Shown here in pieces: positions 53,032-61,730 of a stretch of DNA of 64,000 nt (position 1 is the stretch's first letter; each line of letters begins with the position of its first letter). The notes beneath the pieces are model-generated. The model had not been told where the DNA came from and made no database searches. It saw nothing but the letters and a program-made list of their open reading frames with translations. Location of the stretch: positions 934 through 64,933 of the forward strand of contig JBDTUD010000008.1 in assembly GCA_040007915.1 (NCBI GenBank). The letters run 5' to 3'. Both the position numbers and the translations under genes were made by a program. Source of the stretch: Sphingorhabdus sp. GTDB lineage: Bacteria; Pseudomonadota; Alphaproteobacteria; Sphingomonadales; Sphingomonadaceae.

Positions 53032-53052
53032 AATTAAGGACTGTCCCTAATT
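53032..53052. repeat. 21-nt palindrome AATTAAGGACTGTCCCTAATT overlapping the ferredoxin stop codon
   Basis: 9 of 10 arm positions pair. Related to the palindrome at 12204-12228. Confidence 0.65.
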
Positions 53053-53386
53053 ATAAGCCCTGCATATTCCGGCTCTCGGTAGGGATATGCACCACAAGTC
53101 CATCCAGTTCTGCCGTCAGTGTAATCTGGCACGACAAACGGCTGGTCCGCCGTGCGCCGCTAGCCAAGTCGAGCATGTCCTCCTCGTCTTCACTGGCACG
53201 CGGCAATTTTTCGAACCAATCCTTATCGACAATCACGTGGCAAGTCGAACAGGCCATCTGCGCCTCGCAGGTGCCCTCCAGCGGCTGTCCGGCGGCTTGG
53301 GCAACGTCGAGCAGGCAGTCGCCGTCTTTGGCCTCTACGATCTGTTCGTTGTTGCCATCGGCGCTAATGAAGGTCACTTTGATCAT
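53051..53386 (-). CDS. 2Fe-2S ferredoxin (adrenodoxin/putidaredoxin type)
   Basis: CEAQMACSTCHV...C cluster ligands and LSCQI; 111 aa. Confidence 0.9.
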   Translation of the reverse strand: MIKVTFISADGNNEQIVEAKDGDCLLDVAQAAGQPLEGTCEAQMACSTCHVIVDKDWFEKLPRASEDEEDMLDLASGARRTSRLSCQITLTAELDGLVVHIPTESRNMQGL

Positions 53387-54438
53387 AACATTGCCTCGGC
53401 TGCGCGGTTGATTGCTGCTGCCGCAATATCGATTTCCTGTATCGTCGTATAGCGGCCAAAGCCCAGGCGGATGGAAGATTTGGCTTGCGCGTCGCTAAGT
53501 CCGATGGCGCGCAAAACGTGGCTCGGGCGGCCTGATCCGCTGGCGCAGGCGGACCCCGCTGAAAAGGCTATATCGCGGCATTCGGACATCAGCCGTCCGA
53601 CATCAACCCCATCACGGCGAATGTTGAGATTGCCCTTGTAACGGTGGGTGGTCGAACCGTTGATCGTCCAGTCACTAAATGCGGCAACAGCACGATCCCA
53701 CAAAGCCGCCGCATGCGCTACGTCCTCATCCATCCGCTCGCCAGCCAGTTTCGCCGCTGCGCCAAAGCCGGCACATAAAGCAGGGGACAATGTGCCCGAC
53801 CGCAGACCTTGTTCCTGCCCACCACCGTGTATTAGCGGTTCAAGTTTCACACCGTCACGCACCCACAAAGCGCCAATACCCTTGGGGCCGTGGATCTTGT
53901 GCGCCGAAATGGCGATCATGTCGGGGCCGTCGGGAATTGGCATGCGTCCATAAGCCTGAACGGCATCGCAAAGGAACAGCGCCCCCGCTGCATGAGCCGC
54001 TGCCGCGTGGTCGCCCACAGGCTGGATGGTACCAATCTCATTATTGACCAGCATGGCTGCAAACAACTTCGTATCAGCCAGCGCGCTTGCTTCAGCCAAA
54101 CCTTCTGCATTAACCAGCACTATTCTTCCGCCCAAATACTCAACGCAATCAAGCACGGCGGCATGTTCGGTTGCCAACGCCGCAACTTGCCCCCGGTTGG
54201 CTATACCCTTGATCGCCAGATTGATCGCCTCGGTCGCCCCACTGGTGAAGATGACACGCCCGCCCGTGGGCAGCAGCGCCGCCACTTGCTCACGCGCGAC
54301 CTCGACCGCAGCAGCAGCGGCCCGACCCGGTACATGCGCACTATGTGGGTTGGCAAAACCGTCCTTTAGCCAAGGCTCCATCGCCGCAAATACTTCGGGC
54401 GCGAGAGGTGTTGTTGCCTGATAATCGAGGTAGATCAC
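53383..54438 (-). CDS. cysteine desulfurase family protein (class V aminotransferase)
   Basis: IYLDYQATTP, SAHKIHGPKG (PLP Lys) and SAGSACASG (catalytic Cys). GTG 54438 gives a GTGA overlap with the upstream stop; the track start 54471 is the alternative. Confidence 0.85.
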   Translation of the reverse strand: MIYLDYQATTPLAPEVFAAMEPWLKDGFANPHSAHVPGRAAAAAVEVAREQVAALLPTGGRVIFTSGATEAINLAIKGIANRGQVAALATEHAAVLDCVEYLGGRIVLVNAEGLAEASALADTKLFAAMLVNNEIGTIQPVGDHAAAAHAAGALFLCDAVQAYGRMPIPDGPDMIAISAHKIHGPKGIGALWVRDGVKLEPLIHGGGQEQGLRSGTLSPALCAGFGAAAKLAGERMDEDVAHAAALWDRAVAAFSDWTINGSTTHRYKGNLNIRRDGVDVGRLMSECRDIAFSAGSACASGSGRPSHVLRAIGLSDAQAKSSIRLGFGRYTTIQEIDIAAAAINRAAEAML

Positions 54439-55475
54439 GCCGCTTTGGCCCGTTTTGCTATACTGTGCCATGCTTCAATGAAGCAGATGATATCGCTGAC
54501 ACCGGTTTCAGGGCCGAAGCTGACGCGCACCACCTCGCCCGCCGCCTTGCTATCCCACCCCATCGCGCCCAGCACATGGCTGGTCTTGAGCGTACCTGAA
54601 GAACAGGCACTGCCCGCAGACACCGCGATCCCCGCCATGTCGAAGCCGATCAGTTGGCTGGACGCCGATACACCGGGCATCCGGTAACTGCCGATTGTGA
54701 CCAGACGCGGCGCAGACTGCGCCACAATTTCACCACCGGCATCGGTAATCGCAACATCGAGCATCGAACGAAGCTGCGCCACGTCCTCCAGCCAGCCGAA
54801 GCCGGTCTCCAAAGCCGCCGCGAAACCCAACACGGCGGGCAGGTTTTCGGTCCCGCGACGATAGCCTTGCTCCTGTCCACCGGTTGGCGTCAAAAGCCCT
54901 AAATTACGTACCAGCAACGCGCCAATGCCGGGCGGTCCGCCAAGCTTGTGCGCTGACACTGCAATCAAATCCGCGTCAGGTAACGGCAATTTTCCGGCAC
55001 TTTGCGAACAATCCGCAAACAGCGTGCCACCCGCCGTGCGAATTGCCGTCGATATTGCGTCAAGCGGCTGGATAACGCCCGTTTCGTTGTTCACTGACTG
55101 GATGGCGAAGCGTCTGGGCAGGATCAGGACGCCGGGGTCGACCAGACCGTCGGCGTTGACCGGCACCCTGGTGCCATCCACCACCGCCAGCACGGCACTA
55201 TGTTCCACCGCACTGGCGACGCCGTCAGAACCAAGCAACCCGATAGCGATCGCCTCGCTCGCTCCGCTGGTGAGGATGACTTCACCATCCCACCCTAACG
55301 CTGCTCCAATTCGCACCCGCGCATCCTCCAGCGCCGCCCTTGCCGCACGCCCCTCATTGTGCGGCGACGACGGATTGGCCCAATATTCCAGGCCCTCGGC
55401 CATCGCTGCGCGGGCAGCCACCACCACCGGCGTGGTCGCGGCGTGATCGAGATAGATGCGGGCTGTGGGCGACAT
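54435..55475 (-). CDS. cysteine desulfurase family protein (class V aminotransferase), tandem paralogue
   Basis: IYLDHAATTP, SAHKLGGPPG, SAGSACSSG. Confidence 0.85.
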   Translation of the reverse strand: MSPTARIYLDHAATTPVVVAARAAMAEGLEYWANPSSPHNEGRAARAALEDARVRIGAALGWDGEVILTSGASEAIAIGLLGSDGVASAVEHSAVLAVVDGTRVPVNADGLVDPGVLILPRRFAIQSVNNETGVIQPLDAISTAIRTAGGTLFADCSQSAGKLPLPDADLIAVSAHKLGGPPGIGALLVRNLGLLTPTGGQEQGYRRGTENLPAVLGFAAALETGFGWLEDVAQLRSMLDVAITDAGGEIVAQSAPRLVTIGSYRMPGVSASSQLIGFDMAGIAVSAGSACSSGTLKTSHVLGAMGWDSKAAGEVVRVSFGPETGVSDIICFIEAWHSIAKRAKAA

Positions 55476-55600
55476 AAAGGCGTCAGTGTTCCATGATGGT
55501 TGCGAAAATCGTGACTGCTTCTATATAGCCCTTCAAATTCCTGCAAAGCCCGAACTCTCGGGAAGCGCGTGCAATCAAATATTAGAATCGAAAACAGAAT

Positions 55601-56257
55601 ATGCCAGCAATCGCAATTCCCGGCCCCGAAGGCCGCCTCGAAGCCCGTTTTTCACCTCCGCCCCGCCCGCGTGCACCGGTAGCGATGATCCTGCATCCGC
55701 ATCCGCAGGCTGGCGGCACGATGAACGACCGGATCACGCAGGCGCTCTACAAGACCTTTGTGGCGCGTGGATTTGCCGTTCTTCGTTTCAACTTCCGCAG
55801 CGTTGGTCGCAGCGAAGGCGAATTTGACAATGGCATCGGCGAACTGTCCGACGCTGCTGCCGCGCTCGATTGGGTACAAAGCTTCCATCCAGAAGCGTCA
55901 ACCACCTGGATAGCAGGTTTCAGCTTTGGTGCCTGGATCGGCATGCAGCTTCTGATGCGCCGTCCCGAAATCCGCGGCTTCATCTCGATCTCGCCACCGG
56001 CCAACATGTATGACTTCAGCTTCCTTGCCCCCTGCCCTTCATCCGGCATCATCATTCAGGGTGTGCAGGACGAGGTTGTGAACCCGAACGCCGTACAAAA
56101 ACTTGTCGACAAGCTCCGCACCCAGCGGCACATCACCATCCACCATGACGAAATCCCGCGTGCCAACCATTTTTATGAAAATGAAATGGACATGCTGATG
56201 GCGTCGGTGAACAATTATCTGGATTTCCGGCTGGACCCGAATTCGCCGATCAAGTGA
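55601..56257 (+). CDS. alpha/beta hydrolase
   Basis: GFSFGAW nucleophile elbow and an alpha/beta fold layout; 218 aa. Confidence 0.75.
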   Translation: MPAIAIPGPEGRLEARFSPPPRPRAPVAMILHPHPQAGGTMNDRITQALYKTFVARGFAVLRFNFRSVGRSEGEFDNGIGELSDAAAALDWVQSFHPEASTTWIAGFSFGAWIGMQLLMRRPEIRGFISISPPANMYDFSFLAPCPSSGIIIQGVQDEVVNPNAVQKLVDKLRTQRHITIHHDEIPRANHFYENEMDMLMASVNNYLDFRLDPNSPIK

Positions 56258-56283
56258 AGGGTTAAAGTAGCCCAAAATTATGC

Positions 56284-56309
56284 GTCATCCTCGCGAAAGC
56301 GGGGATGAC
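56284..56309. repeat. single REP-like hairpin GTCATCCTCGC-GAAA-GCGGGGATGAC between convergent genes
   Basis: 11-bp stem including one G.U, with a GAAA loop. Confidence 0.75.
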
Positions 56310-56315
56310 AGTGAT

Positions 56316-56525
56316 TTAGTTTGGGGCTTGCATGTCTTCACTAACCAAGCTTCGACCCTGTTTATCCGGCACCACCCAAACCGCAACATTGGCGAACAAC
56401 ACCAGCGCGGCGATGATCATCAGCCATACCTGTTTGACCAGTCCGTCGTAGCGCCACTGCCGATATGCTCCGAACAGCAGCAGAAAACCGGCAATCATCG
56501 CGATGGAAAGAAACGCGTTAGTCAT
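56316..56525 (-). CDS. small hypothetical membrane protein
   Basis: Two TM segments (FLSIAMIAGFLLLF, VWLMIIAALVLFANVAVWVV). The start is taken at MTNAFLS. Confidence 0.5.
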   Translation of the reverse strand: MTNAFLSIAMIAGFLLLFGAYRQWRYDGLVKQVWLMIIAALVLFANVAVWVVPDKQGRSLVSEDMQAPN

Positions 56526-56643
56526 CGCGTTGACATAACCGCCCTGCAAACCCGACACAATCGGGCAAATTCGCCATGGCAATTTTTGCTACCCTCCCCT
56601 AGATGGGGGCCATTCCGAGTCCCCATGCCACAGGATATGGTTC

Positions 56644-57096
56644 ATGCGCATTGCTATTGCCTCTGATCACGCTGCTCTCGCGCTGAAATCTGCGCTGGTT
56701 GAGCATTTGCGTGCAGGCGGCCATGACGTCAGCGACCTCGGGCCGTTTGACGAAAGCTCGGTCGATTATCCCGATTATGGCTATAAGCTTGCCAACGCAA
56801 TTGCCGCTGGCGAGGCCGAACGCGGCGTTGTGCTTTGCGGGTCCGGGATCGGTATTTCAATCGCGGTGAACCGCAATCCGGCATGCCGCGCGGCACTGGT
56901 ATCCGAGCCGCTATCGGCCAAATTGTCGCGCGAACATAATGATGCCAATGTCATCGCCATGGGCGCAAGGCTGACCGGCATCGACATGGCGAAAGCCTGC
57001 ATCGATGCCTTTCTGTCCACAGATTTTGCCGGTGACCGCCATGTCCGCCGGGTCGATAAACTTTCCAACCCCGCGATCTCCAGGGAAACAGTATGA
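56644..57096 (+). CDS. rpiB: ribose 5-phosphate isomerase B
   Basis: [10 protein letters not shown] and [17 protein letters not shown]. Confidence 0.93.
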   Translation: MRIAIASDHAALALKSALVEHLRAGGHDVSDLGPFDESSVDYPDYGYKLANAIAAGEAERGVVLCGSGIGISIAVNRNPACRAALVSEPLSAKLSREHNDANVIAMGARLTGIDMAKACIDAFLSTDFAGDRHVRRVDKLSNPAISRETV

Positions 57097-58406
57097 GCAC
57101 CAGCCCCGCCTCCGTAACCGCCATCCGTCCCGACGGCTTTTTCACCAAGGGCCTTGCCGAGACCGATCCCGATATCGCCAACTGGATTGGCAAGGAACTT
57201 GGTCGCCAGCGTGACAAGATCGAACTGATCGCGAGCGAGAACATCTGCAGCCGCGCGGTGCTTGAGGCGCAGGGCTCGATCCTCACCAACAAATACGCCG
57301 AAGGCTATCCGGGCAAGCGTTATTACGGCGGATGCGAATATGTCGACGAGATAGAAACGCTGGCAATCGAGCGGGCCAAGGCGCTGTTCGGCGCCAATTT
57401 TGCCAATGTGCAGCCTAACTCCGGAAGCCAGATGAACCAGGCGGTTTTCCTGGCACTGTTGCAGCCTGGCGACAGCTTCATGGGGCTCGATCTGAATGCA
57501 GGTGGCCACCTGACGCACGGCCATCCGAAGAACATGTCGGGCATGTGGTTCAAGCCGGTGCCTTATGGCGTGCGCCCCGACGATCATCTGATCGACATGG
57601 ATGAAGTTGCCCGCATCGCGCGTGAAAACCAGCCGAAGCTTATCGTTGCCGGCGGCACCGCCTATTCGCGCTTCTGGGATTTTGCACGTTTCCGCGAAAT
57701 CGCCGACGAGATCGGCGCGATTTTGATGGTCGACATGTCGCATTTCTCGGGACTGGTTGCGGGCGGGGTTCATCCCTCGCCAATTCCGCATGCCCATGTT
57801 GTGACCAGCACCACCCACAAATCATTGCGCGGTCCGCGTTCGGGCATCATCCTGTCGAATGACGAAGGCATCGCCAAGACGATCAACAGTGCAGTGTTTC
57901 CCGGCCTGCAAGGTGGTCCGCTGATGCATATCATCGCCGCAAAGGCAGTAGCCTTTGCCGAAGCGATGCGGCCCGAATTCAAGTCCTATGCCCGTGCAGT
58001 TACCGAGAACGCCAAGGCACTCGCTTCTTCGCTGCAAGAACAGGGGCTCGATATCGTTTCAGGCGGCACTGACAATCACCTGATGCTTGTCGACCTGCGC
58101 CCCAAACAAGCTAAGGGCAAACATGCCGAAAAGGCGCTCGATCGGGCGTCGATTACCTGCAACAAGAACAACATTCCCTTTGATACGGAAAAGCCTGTGC
58201 TCACCTCGGGAATCCGTCTCGGTACGCCCGCAGGCACGACACGCGGCTTTGGTGTCGCAGAATTCCGCCAGATTGGCCAGCTCATCGCCGAAGTGGTCGA
58301 AGGGCTGCGCAAGAATGGCGAGGCGGGTGATGCCCAAATCGAGCAATCAGTGCAAGCGCGGGTGGAGGAACTCTGCGCACGCTTCCCGATCTACGAGGGA
58401 ATGTAA
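57093..58406 (+). CDS. glyA: serine hydroxymethyltransferase
   Basis: [17 protein letters not shown] (PLP Lys). ATGA overlap with rpiB. Confidence 0.97.
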   Translation: MSTSPASVTAIRPDGFFTKGLAETDPDIANWIGKELGRQRDKIELIASENICSRAVLEAQGSILTNKYAEGYPGKRYYGGCEYVDEIETLAIERAKALFGANFANVQPNSGSQMNQAVFLALLQPGDSFMGLDLNAGGHLTHGHPKNMSGMWFKPVPYGVRPDDHLIDMDEVARIARENQPKLIVAGGTAYSRFWDFARFREIADEIGAILMVDMSHFSGLVAGGVHPSPIPHAHVVTSTTHKSLRGPRSGIILSNDEGIAKTINSAVFPGLQGGPLMHIIAAKAVAFAEAMRPEFKSYARAVTENAKALASSLQEQGLDIVSGGTDNHLMLVDLRPKQAKGKHAEKALDRASITCNKNNIPFDTEKPVLTSGIRLGTPAGTTRGFGVAEFRQIGQLIAEVVEGLRKNGEAGDAQIEQSVQARVEELCARFPIYEGM

Positions 58407-58409
58407 GAG

Positions 58410-58871
58410 TTGCGCTGCCCGTTTTGCGGCCATGATGACAGCCAGGTCAAGGACAGCCGCCCGACCGAAGATAACAGTGCGATCCGCAGAAGGCGGCAAT
58501 GCGAAGCCTGCGGGGCAAGATTCACCACCTTTGAACGCATCCAGTTGCGAGAACTCACCGTCATCAAATCCGAAGGCAAACGCGAGCCGTTTGAACGCGA
58601 AAAGCTCGAAAGGTCACTGGCGGTTGCCTGTCGCAAACGCCCGGTCGATGCAGCGCAAATCGAGAAGCTCGCCTCAGGCATTCAGCGGCAATTGGAAACA
58701 CTGGGCGAGAGCGAGATCGAAGCCAAACGGATCGGCGAATATGTCATGGACGGCCTGAAAGCGCTGGATGCGGTCGCATATATCCGTTTCGCGAGCGTTT
58801 ATAAGGAATTCACCGAAGCTAAGGATTTCGAAGACTTCGCCGGGAGCGTTGCCGAAGCTGTAAAACCGTGA
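58410..58871 (+). CDS. nrdR: transcriptional regulator NrdR
   Basis: MRCPFCG...C..C Zn ribbon plus an ATP-cone. Apparent TTG start. Confidence 0.93.
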   Translation: MRCPFCGHDDSQVKDSRPTEDNSAIRRRRQCEACGARFTTFERIQLRELTVIKSEGKREPFEREKLERSLAVACRKRPVDAAQIEKLASGIQRQLETLGESEIEAKRIGEYVMDGLKALDAVAYIRFASVYKEFTEAKDFEDFAGSVAEAVKP

Positions 58872-59599
58872 GCAATGCTCCGGTTATCATCCTGGTCCGC
58901 CCGCAACTGGGTGAAAACATCGGCAAAGCCGCCCGCGCGATGTTGAATTTCGGACTTACCGAAATGCGTCTGGTTGCCCCGCGCGATGGCTGGCCCAATC
59001 CATCGGCGGGACCAGCCGCCGCCGGGGCCGATATTGTACTCGCTAACGCACAGGTTTTCGGAACGCTGGCAGAGGCGGTAGCGGACATCAACCATGTCTA
59101 TGCCACGACAGTACGCAAACGCGGCGTGACCAAACCCGTAATCACTCCCGCCGAAGCAGCCGGTGAAATCCAGGGCAATGTGGGGCGAAGCGCGATATTG
59201 TTCGGGGCGGAAAGGTCCGGCCTTGAAAGCGACGAGGTCGCGGTCGCACGCACCATCATCACCGTACCAATCAACCCCCAATTTGGTTCGCTCAATCTGG
59301 CGCAAGCGGTCATATTATGCGCCTATGAATGGTCAAAGTTCCAAACACTCGCCAGCCCGCCGCGCGTCGATCTTGATCCGCCCGCCCCGCAAATTGAACT
59401 CGACGGCATGATTGACCAGATTGTTGGAATGCTGGAACCTAACGGCTATTTTTATCCGGAAGACCGTGCACCGGTAACCCACAGGACATTGCGCAGCCTG
59501 CTCTCAAAGCCCGGATGGAACAGTCTGGAAGTGCGGACGGTGCGCGGGATATTGAGTACTTTGCGCGGGCGAAACCGCGGAAAGCCTAAACCGGATTAG
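58868..59599 (+). CDS. SpoU/TrmH-family RNA methyltransferase (TrmJ/LasT-like)
   Basis: [18 protein letters not shown] and FGAERSGL...SLNLAQAV motifs. Confidence 0.85.
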   Translation: MSNAPVIILVRPQLGENIGKAARAMLNFGLTEMRLVAPRDGWPNPSAGPAAAGADIVLANAQVFGTLAEAVADINHVYATTVRKRGVTKPVITPAEAAGEIQGNVGRSAILFGAERSGLESDEVAVARTIITVPINPQFGSLNLAQAVILCAYEWSKFQTLASPPRVDLDPPAPQIELDGMIDQIVGMLEPNGYFYPEDRAPVTHRTLRSLLSKPGWNSLEVRTVRGILSTLRGRNRGKPKPD

Positions 59600-59921
59600 C
59601 GTTATTCCGGTCCCAGGCTTCCAATTCATAAACAATGGAAGCCTCAACCAGACGATCCCACAGTTCCGCGATCAGTTCGGCGGGCATGTTGGTTTTTGAC
59701 GCAGCCATCCGCACATTGTTAATCACCTGCGTCTTGCGCGCCTCGTCACGCACCGCCGCACGTTCCGTCTTAATTCGCGCGGCAGCATCCATATAGGCGA
59801 AGCGTCGCGCAAAGAGCGTTACAAGGGTTTCATCGACAGCATCGACCCCGGCGCGAACTTCGGCCATGGTGCTGCAATCGGCGGGATTGATGACATCTGT
59901 AACGGTGGTTTTCCCTGACAT
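59586..59921 (-). CDS. chorismate mutase family protein (AroQ type)
   Basis: VRAGVDAVDETLVTLFARRFAYMDAAARIK resembles the AroQ helix-1 pattern. The 3' end overlaps the convergent methyltransferase gene by 14 nt. Confidence 0.75.
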   Translation of the reverse strand: MSGKTTVTDVINPADCSTMAEVRAGVDAVDETLVTLFARRFAYMDAAARIKTERAAVRDEARKTQVINNVRMAASKTNMPAELIAELWDRLVEASIVYELEAWDRNNANPV

Positions 59922-60100
59922 GGCCGCGCGTTTAGAAAGCGTGGCCGATAAAGTCGAGGCCGATGTTGACTTGTGCTCGCTTTGCAGCCATAGGCGCGCC
60001 TTCGCAATTGACCCTGCATTCCGGTGAAGCAGGTGTCCGGCTCATCCAGCATGTGTCGCGCGGTACCGGAGACAACGTAACAAGCAATTGGAGACATGAC

Positions 60101-60715
60101 ATGTCGAAGCGCACAAGCTCGAAGTATAAACTGGACCGCCGGATGGGTGAAAACATCTGGGGTCGCCCAAAATCACCGGTCAACAAACGCGAATATGGCC
60201 CCGGCCAGCACGGCCAGCGTCGCAAGGGCAAGCTGTCCGATTATGGTGTTCAACTGCGTGCCAAACAGAAGCTCAAGGGCTATTATGGCGACGTAACCGA
60301 AAAGCAGTTCAAACGCGCTTTCCTTGAAGCCAGCAACATGAAGGGCGATACCTCGCAGAACCTGATTGGCCTGCTTGAACGCCGCCTCGACATGATTGTG
60401 TACCGGGCCAAGTTCGCCCCGACCATCTTCGCCGCACGCCAGATCGTCAGCCACGGCCACATCCGCGTCAACGGCGTAAAATGCAATATCGCCAGCCGTC
60501 AGGTTGCTGCTGGCGACGTCATCAGCCTTGGTAACAAGGCGAAGGAAATGGCGCTGGTTATCGAAGCCCAAGGCCTGGCGGAACGCGACATCCCGGAATA
60601 TGTGTCGCCAGACGGCAACGACAAGGTCACCTTCACCCGCGTGCCGACGCTTGATGAAGTGCCTTATCCAGTAAAAATGGAACCAAATCTGGTCGTCGAG
60701 TTCTATTCGCGCTGA
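60101..60715 (+). CDS. rpsD: 30S ribosomal protein S4
   Basis: [26 protein letters not shown]... ATG 60101 follows GGAGA. The track ORF extends spuriously upstream to 59963. Confidence 0.97.
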   Translation: MSKRTSSKYKLDRRMGENIWGRPKSPVNKREYGPGQHGQRRKGKLSDYGVQLRAKQKLKGYYGDVTEKQFKRAFLEASNMKGDTSQNLIGLLERRLDMIVYRAKFAPTIFAARQIVSHGHIRVNGVKCNIASRQVAAGDVISLGNKAKEMALVIEAQGLAERDIPEYVSPDGNDKVTFTRVPTLDEVPYPVKMEPNLVVEFYSR

Positions 60716-60742
60716 TCTGACAAATAAACTGATACAAAAAAA

Positions 60743-60768
60743 GGCGGTCCTTTAGGGCCGCCTTTTTT
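60743..60768 (+). terminator. rho-independent terminator of rpsD
   Basis: GGCGGTCC-TTTA-GGGCCGCC followed by TTTTTT. Confidence 0.85.
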
Positions 60769-60769
60769 G

Positions 60770-60895
60770 TGCCCGCAGAACAAATAGTATTGCAATAATA
60801 CAACACAAATAAATTATTTATATGCCGATAGCCATAGCTTGCTTCCTATTAAGATTTGGCCAGCTATCTGCCTCTTTGTCTGCGTTCTGCGGGCA
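60770..60895. promoter_or_regulatory. AT-rich 102-bp segment bracketed by a perfect 12-bp inverted repeat, upstream of the OMP gene
   Basis: TGCCCGCAGAAC (60770-60781) is the exact reverse complement of GTTCTGCGGGCA (60884-60895). The interior holds a sigma70-like TTGCAA-N17-ATTATT. Confidence 0.6.
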
Positions 60896-60922
60896 AATAT
60901 GAAGTATCAAGGGACTATTTAA

Positions 60923-61366
60923 ATGAAAAAAATTCTTGTTATCGCCGCTTCGGTGATCGCCCTCTCCTCAACCTCCGCTTTTGCAGCCGGCGAAGGCCGC
61001 GTTGAAGCTCGCGGTGCGATCGCTTGGGCCGCTGGCTCGGAAGACTTCTTCGCAGGCGTTGCTGCCGGTTATGACGTCGATCTCGGCGACACTGTTTTTG
61101 CAGGCCCCGAAGTTTCGTATGACACCAATTTCGATGGAGCCGATCTGGTCAATCTTGGCGGTCGTCTGGGTGCCAAGATCGGTGCCCAGGGCAAGCTTTA
61201 TGTCGGCGCTGCTTATGAAGTCGTGGATGCCGAAGAATTCAACGCGAGCGTTGGTTACCAGCACAGCTTTACCGACAAGTTTTACGGCAAAGTCGAGTAT
61301 CGCCGCTACTTCTTCCCCGGCACAGATCTTAATGCAGCTGGTGTGGCCATCGGCATGAAGTTCTAA
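60923..61366 (+). CDS. small outer-membrane beta-barrel protein
   Basis: Signal peptide MKKILVIAASVIALSSTSAFA, alternating beta-strand pattern and a C-terminal aromatic residue (MKF). Confidence 0.75.
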   Translation: MKKILVIAASVIALSSTSAFAAGEGRVEARGAIAWAAGSEDFFAGVAAGYDVDLGDTVFAGPEVSYDTNFDGADLVNLGGRLGAKIGAQGKLYVGAAYEVVDAEEFNASVGYQHSFTDKFYGKVEYRRYFFPGTDLNAAGVAIGMKF

Positions 61367-61395
61367 TCGCAATCTTTCGAAAGCGAAATGAGAAA

Positions 61396-61424
61396 GGCGG
61401 TCCTTCGGGGCCGCCTTTTTTTTT
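61396..61424 (+). terminator. rho-independent terminator of the OMP gene
   Basis: GGCGGTCC-TTCG-GGGCCGCC followed by T9. The stem is nearly identical to the rpsD terminator. Confidence 0.85.
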
Positions 61425-61730
61425 GCCAACTATCCTCCCCCAAAGGAGAGGGTTTAATACCTTGAAATGTAGGATTTGCCCTGTCAGAATCGTCTGCAAC
61501 ATCGTCAACCGCCCAATGGCTGTCCGGGCACGCAATCAGCCAAACACAAAGTGGCGTTTAAGGTGAGACCTTCGTGTGACTTTCCAGCCGCAACGTGTTG
61601 TTGAATTTTTGCAAACCACTATCAACTTGCCGAGATTTCTGCGGGTCTTGAGGTTCAGAATCTTTTTCATTTGAGCCTTCATCCACCCTCTGGCACAAGG
61701 CGCAACAATATTTCCCGCTAGGAGAAGATA

